A stretch of 60,820 nt of DNA, filler included, from Dirinaria sp. TL-2023a (taxonomy: Eukaryota): NCBI GenBank assembly GCA_051941275.1. It is 9 parts of 9 records of this genome, joined end to end, with 100 filler letters (N's around TTAATTAATTAA, not from the genome) between each part and the next. Parts side by side here need not be neighbours in the genome. Positions count along the whole stretch, not along the records: positions 13,568 to 20,246 come from JAVEBF010001437.1; positions 20,347 to 27,022 come from JAVEBF010001438.1; 7 more parts are not named here. The stretch is one strand, 5' to 3'. Shown here piece after piece: positions 13,468-25,918 of the stretch (its first letter is position 1; every line of letters starts with the position of its first letter). Position numbers and translations under genes: made by a program. The notes under the pieces were generated by a model. The model saw only the letters and a program-made list of their open reading frames with translations, was not told the DNA's origin and did no database searches.

Positions 13468-13567
13468 NNNNNNNNNNNNNNNNNNNNNNNNNNNNNNNNN
13501 NNNNNNNNNNNTTAATTAATTAANNNNNNNNNNNNNNNNNNNNNNNNNNNNNNNNNNNNNNNNNNNN
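13468..13567. other. Artificial contig linker
   Basis: N44-TTAATTAATTAA-N44. Confidence 0.98.
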
Positions 13568-13695
13568 ACTTTTGGGTGGAGGGGGGGGATTACCTTAGCA
13601 AGCGGATGCCATCCAATGTGGCAATCTTCGCAAGCCGGTCCTATGTTTTCGATACCGTGCAACAAAAGCAACGGCTCTAACAGCCCGCGAGGGAT

Positions 13696-14467
13696 TCATG
13701 CCTCGGAAGCAGCGGTTTCTTCTTCGCCCTCTTCCGAGGCTTCGGGCTCGGTCTCTTCTTCAGCATCGGCTTCTCCATCGGAAGGCGCTGGTAGGTCTTT
13801 GGCACTAGAGAGCGAGGAAGTGCTGGCCTCAGACTGCTCCGGCTCAGCCTCTTCGGAGTCGCATCTGCCCGTGTCCTCGTTGTAGCGCCGGAGGATCGAC
13901 TCGTAGTGGTCCTTGTTGGGGACTGGCGGACGCAACTCGAGGACCCCCGCGGCAAAGTCTCGGAGCGCGTGCTTGTTGCGGGTCGAGTGGGTTTCCAGAA
14001 AGACTTTCTCGACGGCAGCCTTTTGGAAGTTGACCGCCGGGCGGCCCTGCCGGATCCATCGGCGGCGGGAACAGAACCACTGCCACCAGAGATGTCGGCG
14101 CACATGCGAAGCCCTGTATCATGTCAGCCGTATTTCAGATTTTCAGATGACCCAAGTAGCGGAGAACTTACGCGTCAGACCGGTGGTGGCGCGTTGTCAT
14201 TGCGGAGGATTTCAGCGCCCGAACAAGCTCTGCACATGCATATTAGCAATTTGCAAGCGCCAGCAGTGCCTATGGATAGGAACACTCACTGCTGTGACGC
14301 TCCACATAGAGACCTTGTGAGCGCGCGCTGATGAATGGCGGAGGAGACTGGCTGAAATATGCCCCTCTGGGCCGGTCGTCGTTATCACCACGAGGAAGAT
14401 CATCGTAGCAGCCTACGAATGCTCTGCATCGGTTGTAGGCGACCGCTTGGCCGAGCACATTCTTCAT
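13696..14467 (-). CDS. Hypothetical protein, 3 exons, acidic C-terminus
   Basis: Two introns with GTGAGT/GTAAGT donors, GCTAAT/GCTGAC branch sites and CAG acceptors join MKNVLGQ...ERHS, KLVRALKSS...SDA and ASHVRRHLWWQWF...EEETAASEA in frame. Confidence 0.6.
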
Positions 14468-14965
14468 GTTGTCCCTGAGGAGCTGATCGCCATGGAGGTG
14501 CCATGGTTACAAACTATCTTGCGTTGATGATGACTTGGGTTGCTTACCTGGAGAGGAAGTTGTGGTTGGTAAAGAGAATCTAATTTATAGGCCTGTGTGA
14601 CCGTAGATCTGTTTGCCGAGAGTTTGTGGGTCGCTGCGCCGATTGCTCTTGGAGTTTGTGATGCCGAGAAGTTCTCACAAACCAGATCCGACTTCTTGTG
14701 GATATTAGGGTTCCAAAAGGAGACTAGTAGGGAAGATAAGGAGGTGTGTTGTGATCACGAGCACATTTTTTGACACTGAGATGGTCGATAGCATGTGATC
14801 GTGTACACGCTCAAAGCTCTTCAATGCTGCTTCAGAGACAGCTCTTCAGCTGCTCCATCAAATCTGTAGAGTAACATACCCAGATCAAGAGAAAAGAGCA
14901 TTTTGTCAACCTGGTCAGGGAGTGAACAGACATCAATATCTTTTCATTCTTCTGCAAGGTGACTG

Positions 14966-15110
14966 TCTATATCGTGTATAGCACCGTTTTTCCTGATATC
15001 TTGAAAAAACTGAGCATTGTTCCATTTTATCTATATCATTGTGCACCATTCTTCCCAATATCTTGAAAATGGTTGAGTATATCTCCACTTTGCCTATATC
15101 ATTGTGGTTT
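14966..15110 (+). repeat. Degenerate tandem repeat, unit about 63-64 bp, about 2.3 copies
   Basis: YCTATATC at 14966, 15030 and 15093; the first two copies also share GCACC.TT.TTCC..ATATCTTGAAAA. Confidence 0.6.
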
Positions 15111-16729
15111 AACCAGCTTCTGCCGCCGATTCTGGGCTCCTTCATATTCTTATAACTTTCGACTAAAAAGGCTCAAGACACTGCTGCCATAAGAGCGAAT
15201 TGATTGAGTGATCCGGCAAGCGTCTTCACGAGCTTCACAGATTTCTTTAGAGGGTCTCTGTCCAGTGACCTAAAGCCCTGACAGCATGGCATTCTTGCAG
15301 TTCGATGTATCCAGAGATCCTACTCCTGTCAATACGCATGCAAACTCCTAAGCTGGTGAAATTTTTGTATTCTCAATCGCCTTGCTAATGGGGCCACAAT
15401 TAGAGAAGTCCAGTATATATAAGAGAGCAGCAGGACGAATTTGAAGTTGGCGAACGGAGGTGATGTCGTTGCCGCCAAGTCCGACTTCGCCAAGAACCCA
15501 AGACAAGCGCGACAGCAGGCTAGAAAAGTTATTGTACTGCACTGGGTACATTATGAATAAAGTATAGTATCATATCCTAAGCACTCTTCTTACGTTAGTA
15601 GAAGTCAGGCATTCGAGAACGTTATTCGGCCTCAGAGTGTCAATCGGACGGATTCGCTCACACGCCCATCTATCCACAAATCTTGGACTTGGGATCCCAG
15701 AAGTAAGATATATATCAGTGAAGAAGTTTATGAAATGAGGCTATCACCAGAACTGTTAAAGAGGCCAACACATTCGGTATGTTCGATCAGGTGAAGTCTT
15801 CATTCAATCGCTGCCAGCATTTATTAGCCAAGACCATACTCATCACAGACGCTGTTCTGTGGGGTATTTCTTACCAGCTATAAACCTCCAACATCACGAT
15901 TAATTCCATCGTCCCATTTTAGTATCATCGCATCGATCGCAAATTTCCATGTCTCTTTGCTGAAGATGGAAAAAGTTTGCTCGTTCTTGTGCAGCGTAAG
16001 AGACCTTGCCGCACTTGCTATCTCTGAGCCAATGCTTGGCATTGGATATGACACCTGCTGAAAATCTACTACACGTGTGTTGATGCGATGACTTGGCCGA
16101 TCAAGCACAAAGGGAAGCTACAATTATTCTATTATTATTCAACTTATGAGGGACAATTAGGGGCTCTAGTCAATCGCTTCGCGAGCTATTTTGACTTTGC
16201 ACACTTCTAAAACACTCGCAGCTTTAAGTATGGATTGTGGAACCACTTATGAGCCTTTCAAAGTGCGCCAAAATTCCATATCTATCGACTACTTGTTCAA
16301 AACATCTTCCATTATTCTCGGGCAACCTCGACGCGGGCATTCCCTCTCGCAAGCCATCGCGAAAGCGCTGTTGACGGGTTTGGGAAATATGTATGCGTGC
16401 CGTCAAGATGGTCCCCCACACAGCCGCTTCCCGTTCAGAGAGACTTTCCGACTCTGCACTCTGCAGCGATATATTCCGGTCCCGTTGAGAGGTGATTGGT
16501 GTCAATCAACGAGCCGACGGGGGATACTGCAACGCCTGAGACAATATACGCGCTAGCGTGGGTCGATAGTGCCGCTCTCCTACATTCCATAAGCGCATGC
16601 GCCAAGTTGAACATCAAATAGTCATGAGAGCTCTTCGATCCAGGCACAACTACTGGTGGTTTTGCAATTTCGAGCACAGCGAGCGCCTCATATGAGCTGA
16701 TCGAAATCATCCTGCAGTTTCAGATCATC

Positions 16730-17197
16730 ATGCGACTACCATCTCTACCACCTCTTCTTATCTCGGCGTTGAACGCTTCCCATGTCTTTCAGCCTCACTC
16801 TTTAAATGACGCTCCGGTATTTTGCTATCAGGAACGTCCTCCAGGAGAAGCTCAGCGAATTCCGCCCGAATATGGGGATTGCATAAACCTCGGAATGAGG
16901 ATGGTTTCTGGTGATAGGCCTGACAGACCTTTGACCTTCAGTCGAGAACCTGGCCGAGGTATTCCGGTGCCTGCGAGATTCCCTGGTGGAACATGTCTCT
17001 TCGAGGTAAATCTAGACCGCGATGGTGACTTTACGGCCTCTTCCCGCCAAATCGCTCAAGCGGCGTTCAATATAGCGGCACCTTGCGTCCATGGGCCTGA
17101 TCACTTGGGGGGAATAACCAAGTTCGGGGAGGAAGACATCTTAGACATCGCTGTATACGGGAGAAGGTTACCGAGAACTTCAAGTAAAGAGAGATAG
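16730..17197 (+). CDS. Small secreted 4-Cys protein (possibly KP4/Ecp2-like fold)
   Basis: N-terminal hydrophobic leader MRLPSLPPLLISALNA; four spaced Cys (FCY, DCI, TCL, PCV); C-terminal GG-x-strand pattern. Confidence 0.7.
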   Translation: MRLPSLPPLLISALNASHVFQPHSLNDAPVFCYQERPPGEAQRIPPEYGDCINLGMRMVSGDRPDRPLTFSREPGRGIPVPARFPGGTCLFEVNLDRDGDFTASSRQIAQAAFNIAAPCVHGPDHLGGITKFGEEDILDIAVYGRRLPRTSSKER

Positions 17198-17741
17198 ATA
17201 TCACCAGAGCACGACGATGGTGACAGTCGCTGGAGGCGGAGATGGGCTTTTTCATGTACTGTTTAGTAGTCATGCAACAAGGCTCGCCGGATTCCTTGGG
17301 CAGCGAATGGTACATGTCACTGTACCGCAATTGCCTGGGGCCAGGATCTAGCTCAACAGGAATGTAAGCGACTAGACAGTGTCCCCAATCACCTAAGGAC
17401 ACCGCGTCAACAATTGAAAACATAAGGAATAACCCAAATATGCGCATCTAATAGTCATTTAGATACCTCATGTTAGTTACCTATGAGGCCGCTCCCGAAA
17501 ATGCGACTGGTTGAAACGTGGAATTCCTATTTTAACGATTCCCATGTCTGTAAGCGTGCCATCCCGCGGGATGCCTAGTGCACCCCACGTGATAATTTTC
17601 CGATATCCTATAAACCTCGAAGGAGACTGGAGGCCAGCTTCTTTTAAGCGCATCTCGCCCTTGTGGTACCTGATTGCTACGTCAGATCCCGCTCGACATA
17701 AGAGCGGTGGGTCCATAATGTGCGCTTTCTTTCAAGCATGC

Positions 17742-18287
17742 ATGAGATTTCTTCTGTACTCGGCGATTTGTCTTACTTTGCTGTCACTCACCACTTATTC
17801 AGTTCCTTTGGAACATTTCGCGAGCCGAGACCATGCTTCATCGATACGACAAGTAAAACACAATGTCCACTTGGAACACCGCATGATCCTCCTTACTGCA
17901 CCCCAAACGTGGACGCACAATATCGGTGAATGGAGCATTAAACTTGGGACTTTCACATTCGCAGGACAGAGTGCGTTGCAAACCTTTCACTCTCTGTACG
18001 ACGGGGTCATTGGTTTGACAGCTCCGCCGTATACTGATCGCACGCCGCAGCTGACAACGTTCGGCTTTGTTCTTGGGAAAATAATCTTGGTCCTCCTATC
18101 CGAAGACGAGCGGTATATTCCGGAGGAAATGATCCACCGGCTTGCGATATGGTTGCAAAATAGGGCAAGTGCTGGCTTTGTCGGTTTCTGTGCTGGAAGT
18201 GTGACTAGCACCACGGGCCAGGTGGTAAGATTCAAATTGGCTGTCCGTCGAAGCCCTCTTCCTCCAATCATCCCCAGCATCGGATAG
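17742..18287 (+). CDS. Small secreted protein, related to 59235..59895
   Basis: Signal peptide MRFLLYSAICLTLLSLTTYSVP; motif FVLGKIILV...IPEEMIHRLAIWLQ...GFVG. Confidence 0.7.
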   Translation: MRFLLYSAICLTLLSLTTYSVPLEHFASRDHASSIRQVKHNVHLEHRMILLTAPQTWTHNIGEWSIKLGTFTFAGQSALQTFHSLYDGVIGLTAPPYTDRTPQLTTFGFVLGKIILVLLSEDERYIPEEMIHRLAIWLQNRASAGFVGFCAGSVTSTTGQVVRFKLAVRRSPLPPIIPSIG

Positions 18288-20246
18288 CTATGGAACATCG
18301 CCGCAGCTAGAGACTTAGCATCCTTCGGCTCCTGGCAAGCAAGATATTTACAGCCGAGTCCATGTATATACTCTCCGGCTATAATGCAGCATGTACAATC
18401 TTAAGGTACAGGTGGCGCATTCAATTGGCTGTGCTGCGTGACCCGGCGTTTATAATCTTTGATACCATCTTCGAGAAAGGTTGCCTGGGTTCAATTGGGA
18501 AAAGAAATACGGGACTGTAACCTTGAAGAGATATCAATCACTCACGATGTCAAGCGCGAGTGTGTATGTAATCAGAATGAAAAAAGACATAAAGATCTGT
18601 ATTGGTAATGATGTTCCGGATTTAATTCGACGCATTGCCGGGCCTATGGGACAATCGCCGGATGGCGCTCCATGAGACGAGGGGCGAGAGTAGCGGCTTG
18701 GAGAAACGTTCATGTCGGACAAAATAAACCATCAAATACAGCAATAATCACCCACCAACGTGGGGCTCCCTTCGGGTACAAATTAAAAGGTTGTTGCTGT
18801 CTGACAGTTCAGGACGTAAAGCTGGCAGTGACGAAGAGAATTTCATTCACCTGCTAATGTTCATGTAGGTATTTTTTTGCGCATATAATTTCAGTCATAC
18901 CACGCAACACACTCGAATTTCAAACCCGTTTTCTTGAACATGCAATGATAAAGTAGGTGGGTAAGATCACTTTCTGAAGCATCGCGAGATTTGCGCCTAG
19001 AAATCTCCCGAAACGCTAAAATCAGGGTTGGTCCAGGGTAGGACCGGAAAATTTGCTAAGGCATCGAGACATGGTGGCGAATCTATAGCTCGAAGAAGCT
19101 GAGAAAGCAACAAGGCTTGAGCCAATCTCCTGAAGACAATATAATTCACCAGCGCACTCCATGAAGACTTCCAGATCCCACGGGTTGGATAGAAGTAGAA
19201 ACACGTTCGTTCAAGTAGGGTGGGCCTAATAGGGTCTTCCCTCTACGACTCGAAAAGTCATCCACACGGATGCACAGTTTGGCCTGTTTTTGAAGATCAA
19301 ATTCTGAGTTTTGACTGATTCCTTTTTCATTTCATACCCGCCGTTCTTGAAGTATTTACACATTATATGTACAAGAGTTATACCCTTCAAGCTCGATTCT
19401 CAAAAATTCGTAATTGCTCATAACAGCAGCAAAGACCGAACGATCCAGCACTCCCAGACAAGTCACCCCAGCTTCGCGCATAACCTTTAATTCCTCTTCG
19501 TCTTCTACGGCTAGAAGGATTTCTCTCGCTTTCATCACCTCCGATAAACAGCCATCGAAAGTCATCCATGTCACCATCAATCCCACGACCATCAACCGTC
19601 ACGGGCCCTTAAATCCGAGCAGGTTCTTATTGGACGCTAGGGAGCCTTCGAAGTAGAGCTTTGTTTAGTCGATGCGCTCGATGCATCCGCCGCCGATCTC
19701 GAGGAAGTCTAAAAGGAGTCGGAAACCCTTGGGGTGCATCAAAGGTAATCTTGCCGTCGGCGTCGAAGCTGAAGTTGGATGTGCCGGCACTGATCTCTTT
19801 CAATCGATTAGAGTATCGGGAGAGAACTTAACATCCACGTCTTCAGGCTTATAGACTGAAAAGTGGGCACTGCTAGCAGTACCGCTAAGGAGGATTATTT
19901 TGCGGCGCCGGTCAGATCGGACTGGACGAATGACTGCTGGAGACGCGGTCAACGATCATGCTCGCCCATATGTAGAGATTAAACAATGTTAGTATTCCCC
20001 AGAGATAATAATTTAGTATGGTGATTATAGTAAATGCTGAGGTCATCTGAGGCGTGCTGATGACTTGCTAAAGACGCTGTCAACGGCCGTGGCTGATGTG
20101 TAAAGTGTTAGGATTGCAAGAGTGCAAAGCAGCAATGACAATTAGGTGCATAGTATTGACTTGTGTAGAGACTATGGAGCAGGTAAGGAGCAGGAAAATA
20201 CTATGTACACGGTGTGCGGGTGCCAAGGCGCTAGTGGAGACACTAG

Positions 20247-20346
20247 NNNNNNNNNNNNNNNNNNNNNNNNNNNNNNNNNNNNNNNNNNNNTTAATTAATT
20301 AANNNNNNNNNNNNNNNNNNNNNNNNNNNNNNNNNNNNNNNNNNNN
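20247..20346. other. Artificial contig linker
   Basis: N44-TTAATTAATTAA-N44. Confidence 0.98.
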
Positions 20347-20379
20347 GGGCCACCGGGCACATCCATAACTGCCATCTCT

Positions 20380-21754
20380 TCAGAACATCTTTATCAGGCT
20401 GACGGGCAAAAGCCCCTCTCCTCGACTTCGCCGCGCTGCCGGATAAACGTACACCGGGACCGACCAGGCCATCCAGCACGCAACCCAGATATAGCCGATG
20501 ACGCATTTCCACGCACTCGGACGAGCTTTGCCTTTTTCCTTGTTTACCGCATCGGCTTTGTTGTCAGCATTGGCATTGCCATCCCCCGACCCAATAATGG
20601 CGCGATATGCCGCCTGCACACCATCCTCCAACGCAATCCCGAAGGCTTGGACGCAGAAAAACCACATCGCGCCGGACTCTTCCCAAGGCAAGCCTGCTGC
20701 CAGATCGCCGCAGAGGTGCACCACTCCCGACAGCCAAAAGGTGAGGAAGATGAAGAGGTAGCGACCGAGCAGCCCGCCTTTGGTAAGGCGGAGGACCGAG
20801 TACGTGACGTACCGCGCCGGGCTGGAGAGGTTCTGGCGGAGATTTTGGTGCCAGAAAGACCTGAAAACCGGTCAGTATGCTTCTCTCAGGCAATCTAATC
20901 AAGGGTTGGTTTTTGAAGGGAGCTACAAACCCCCAAAATTGACGAAGGGACCATGCATCCAGAGGCTGCCCGAATGGGGGCCGCCATCGCTCCACCTCGC
21001 TGATTCCCAGCCCCACCGTGATAACCGCAATTCCTGAGTGGAAGGCCCGCATCATCACGAGCCCCATTCCGTAGAACATGGCTGCAGATACGAGTCGGAT
21101 AGCTAGCTCCTGCGCGTTGACATCGTTCAACCGCGAGAAGAGCCCCACCCTTGGCTCCCCAAACAAGACCGCATTCTTCTCAGGAGGCCCGGCAAGTAGT
21201 GGTACGGCGTCTAGCAGTACTAGACACAGCACGCACACCATTGTATTTTTGCGCAGGAACTCGGCCTTCGTAGGCACCCATTTGCGATGTTGCCGCGAGA
21301 ACGGCGGCACGTTGGCCACCTGCCACGGTGTCGCGAGGAGGCGATTGTCCCAGGCCTGCCCAGTCGCCCAGCAAAGCCGCTCGACTACCGAGCTCTGACC
21401 CTTCACCCTTATTCCCGTGTCCTTCTTGGTACTCTCGTCGTCACTGCTCGCTGTGACAGGTTGCTGTCCGCCGCGTGAGGAAGTCGGCCCCCGCGCGTCA
21501 CAGCACCATTGCCCAAGCAGGATGGCATCCGCGTACGAGAGAAGGGTGTTGAAGACCGTTGCGCCCGAGAGACTCATGAAAAACGGGTGGCTCAAGGCTG
21601 ATTTAGATGGATGTTTATAGAGAAGAGAAATGTAGCAGGGCATTAGCATGAAGATTGGAAAGCGCAGGGGAGACGAAGGGGAAGTTAGCCCCAGAGTCAG
21701 AATGTAGGTCAGCTTCGCGAGTATGGCGCCTAGCACCGGGTCGGGAATAGCCAT
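20380..21754 (-). CDS. Membrane-bound O-acyltransferase (MBOAT_2, wax synthase/Tri7-like), 2 exons
   Basis: Motifs WRPPFG.PLDAWSLRQFWG|SFWHQ, TFWLSGVVH and FFCVQAFGIALED; intron 20930-20861; multiple TM segments. Confidence 0.9.
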
Positions 21755-24195
21755 TGTTGGTGTACGAAGAAGAGATAATAATAACAGTTGGAGAAGGAGA
21801 AGATCAAGTCTGTCGTACCCGACATGTCTCAGAGCTTTACTTATGATGGATCTGGTCCGCTCTTGTTCTTCAGGACCTACTGCGTCATCCAAAAATCAAC
21901 AGGATCAAAGGTTGAATTAGAGATGCAGTCCACCCTGCACTGATAGCGAACTTCACATGTACGTGTCCGAACGTGCTTTTCACTACAGAGCGCAGCTGCA
22001 AGGGCTCTTCCGGGATTCTTCAGAACTTTGCATTGGACTGCTCTTCGCTACTTCTGATGGCTGCACCCCGGAAGTTGCACGAGATCTATCCGAACTCCGT
22101 TGTCAGTGGTTGGTGATACTTTGTCGTTCAGAGTCCCTCATCGCTGCGACATCCTCCTTCTTCGAAATTCTCTGCGATATCCTCATGCTTCAGAGAATTT
22201 TCGGAAGTCTCTCATCGCTGCTGCCCTTTCTTCCTTATGCTGCATTGAAGCATCCTTCGTAGGCTTTCGAGCCCAGCTATACTGTTTGTTGAGTAGGCGC
22301 TTCAGCACTGATCTTGTACCGCCAGCATCCACGCTACATTCGAGATGCAATTGGTGCGTGGAATGACTTGCTTGCTGCACATCCGTCTGCTGCCGGGCAT
22401 GATTCTTCTTGCGTTTGGCATGTTGAGGTCTCTGGAGTGATGATGGTGTAGCAGCATTGGTGCAGAAAGTGCCCAGACACGAAGCTGCCCGAAGAGCAAT
22501 CCCGCAATTCAACCCGAGACAGCATGCTCGTCTAGAACACGGTACCTTGTCATGCACAGCGGGTGGAAAGTATCCGCTAGCCCCTGCACTAACCAAGCTG
22601 GTTTAGCTTGCATTTCTTCATCAACGCCGCCCCATGTCGGTTCAGATGATGAAAAGGTATTTGGAGCGACATTGTATACGGTAAATTTAGTGATGGTGAA
22701 TGGATACAAAATGCTCTAAAGTATCGTCAGCTATATGTCCGATGCGAACATTTTCAGGATGTCGGCTCTGAAAAGGCAAAATCGAGACCACCGAAGCTTT
22801 ACTGCACGGACCTTCTTCATATACATACATATCTCCGACTCTACAGCACATAATCCGTAGGATTCTCATTAATACATTCTCATGACCTTTCTTGTCGAAG
22901 CGCACTAGTAGGTGCGATAAATGATAATTGGACAATAATGTTGAGAATTGAGTGCGGCGTGCTGCACCCCATTGAAGAGAGAAAGGCGGTCTCTTGAAAT
23001 GCGCTGAGTCCATTCATGTGTGAAACCTTAACGGTGGAAATAAGAAACAAGACCTAAACACGCATAGACCCCCAAAACTCTGACCCTATGTAATGTAGCT
23101 AGAATATTATTAGCTCTACATAGAGACTTGTCCTGGTCAATCAATGCTGCAAATCCACCACACGGGTTTCCAGAAGTAAGAACCATTATTCCCTTTTTTC
23201 TTATCGAAAGTCGAAGGAAATGTCACGCGCGATAGAAACAATCATAGCTGCCAACTGGGTGATCAGCGTTATCGTGGGCTGTCACTGCGGAATCTTAATT
23301 GGGGGGCGCAGCCGTCATGATTGAGCTTGAGAAACAGCCGTTCGAATGCTGGGACGATCATTTCTGCGAGTCCCTAAGGTTTTTTTCTCCCGAGTAACTT
23401 TTCCACCACGAAGCCGTAATCTGGATACGTCCGTTCAAGAAAATTGTACTTTCGTCCTTAGAAAACGGCTCGTGAATGCTAGAAATGGGGTCTTCGTTGA
23501 TGATGCAATCGTGTCGGAAAATTGACCACATCGTCATCACCGGTGGTAGGTGTCCCGACTAGGGAAAGGTTTATACACATCAGTGCCAAGCCGTAAGTTC
23601 TAGAATTCTTCTAGCCATGCTGATGTGACCAGCAGTGTGCACAATTTCCACCCGACAAGCCGGGTAGCAAAAAGATGCTGACACTAAATGCGCCAAGTCT
23701 CACCCCAAAGTGTCTGAATTTTTGCAAACAGGGAGCCGCTGTGCCATGGCACTGTATGTACCTGGCCAGAAAGAGCGTCGTAAGAATTGGCCAGTCATTA
23801 TTGCTCTTCTCTTGCCTCGTCGCGGTCTCGGAAGGTGTTTTATTATGATGCTTCGAAGTCTTTTGGTGATTCTTACATCGGCGCTGTGCTTCGGCTCGAG
23901 TCAACGCATCGAATTGAGTGCTCACGAGAAAAAGATCGAGAGTGCGGATGAAAGCAAAGAACAGGGAATCAACATCATGGATAACGAGCCATAGAGGTGG
24001 CTACTCCTACAAAATCGACATTACATTAGTCATCGACCTTGACAGCACTGTCCCACTGGTATAGAGCTCCAATTCGTCGATGATTGTCTCCAGGATCATC
24101 ATGAGCCTTCAATATCACTCGCCGTATCTTCTCGCATACTGAACACTGGATTTCCGTAACCTTCAATAGCTCATTTCAAATCATTACATATTCTG

Positions 24196-25918
24196 CTATC
24201 CGTTGTCCTGACTCTTCCGAGCTCTTTTGGATGAGCCTTTGCGCGCAACGTCGGCTTTTCGCTTGCTCCTTACAATTTCAAACCGTTGTTTCGTGACTTC
24301 AGTGAACGCGCTTTTCAGTAGTTGATGAAGCTCTTTATCCGCGTAATCATTCAGGATTGTCTTGATCAGTTGGCAGGCCTTGTCTCGGCTATATCTTGCC
24401 AATGGCCAGAACTCGTCAAAACGGAAGCTAAGGTCTCCATTTTCCAGCCGGAAAGGCCGATGTATCCTGACACTTAGATCTTGGGCATTGAGCACTAGAG
24501 AAAACACCCGAGCAACCTGGAAGAAATCTTTCATTGTTTTTTCTGTGCTAACTACCCATGTATACATATTGTAGAGGGCTTGGCTAGCGTTGTGCAGATT
24601 AGCCAGGTAAGCCTCCTGGAGGTCGGCTCCTGCCTTTTTCACTTCCATGAAGAGAAATGGAAAGCACCGTGGGCCACCGTCAGGAGACATGGTTTTCTCA
24701 AGGTGTTCGGGAATCGGTTCCGAATCAGCGTCTTCTTGAGTTAATGATTCCCGAGTGAAACTAAGCGCCATATCTGGCTTAGGCAACGAGATAAGATCTT
24801 CATTCGTAGAAGGTAAACGAGAGTCTTTCGGTAGTGACCACTGTCCCTCGCAATTCCAGTCAAAGTTCTCGCCCAGCCAGTACTGATCGATGATGTGTAT
24901 CATAATTGTTCGTTGAAGGATAGCCTCGTTTCGAGCGAGGCAGCGCTCGAGATCAGCTTGGAAATACCTTTCGTTCACGATCGGATAACTCAGTTTGGAT
25001 TTTCCCTAATCAAAGTTAAACGAGAATTCATCGATATAGGGGTAGCAGATCTCGGTGGAACGCTCAGTAGCTTGCTGAAGAAAGCTTCGCATAAGGTTTT
25101 GCAAGTTTTCTGTATCTTTCAGAGATCTCGCAGGAAGCTCGGTCTTCAAAATAGTCTTGAAATGCGGAAGTCTCTCATCTGGGCTCTTTTTCAGCCAGAT
25201 ACGACGGTACCTGAGCTTGTTGTCAGTGACTTTGGTGGCCTTAGCCCGAACAGCTTTTAGTGTTGAGCCATATTCATTTGTTGTTCTTGAATTCGATGTT
25301 GAATCCATCTCGTCCTCTACATCCGGTGTTCGCACTTCGGGAGCAGGAGCAGGAGCAGGTGAGGTTACTTGAACCTCTCTAAGCCAAGACGAAACTTTAA
25401 CGCTCTAGCCCTCTGTGAGTTGTTATTCCCCAGACCTTGTAAAAAAAATACTAACTGTGGCTCTCCCTGTGTTTCTCTTCGGTGCCGGTCCCTTTGTGCT
25501 CGATTTTGCTCCCCTGCTCGTTGACTTTCCTAGGGGCGCAGTTCTTGCAAATGTGCTCCTTTTCCCTGCCACGCGGCTCAAGGCACCTCCTGGATCTGGA
25601 ACAGTGCTACGATTCGCAGACGGGACTGAGTCCTTCACTGGCTCCCCTCTTGCAAGTGCAAGGCGCCGAGAGACTCGTAAAGGTTCAGAGATATTCGCTC
25701 TGGTAGCGGTTCTCTTCTGCTGCTGCTCCTGCTGCTGCTCCTGCTCCTGCTTCACCCAAGCTCTTGTTCGAGGGCGGGAAACGGCGTTTGATGGTGATTG
25801 GTGACTCTGATGCACGGTATTAGCCAAGCCTTAAGGTCTCCTAGATAGTCCAACATACCTGGCTATGCCCTACGGTGGGGGCATTTTTTGCAGATTGAAG
25901 GCGCTTTCCTTTCCGCAT
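24196..25918 (-). pseudogene. Fungal PD-(D/E)xK-like protein (DUF7924-like) with one in-frame TAG
   Basis: Exons MRKGKRLQ...GHSQ, SHQSPS...GRAT and SVKVSSW... are joined by canonical introns (about 25858-25807 and 25454-25405). ORFs 25006..25335 and 24196..24978 share a frame and are split only by TAG at 25008-25006. Motif PKPD...FPFLFMEVKK. Confidence 0.7.

Noticed and set aside
19356..19900. Degenerate gene on the minus strand
   Set aside because: Short coding-like stretches occur in different frames, but I found no recognisable motif or consistent splice model.
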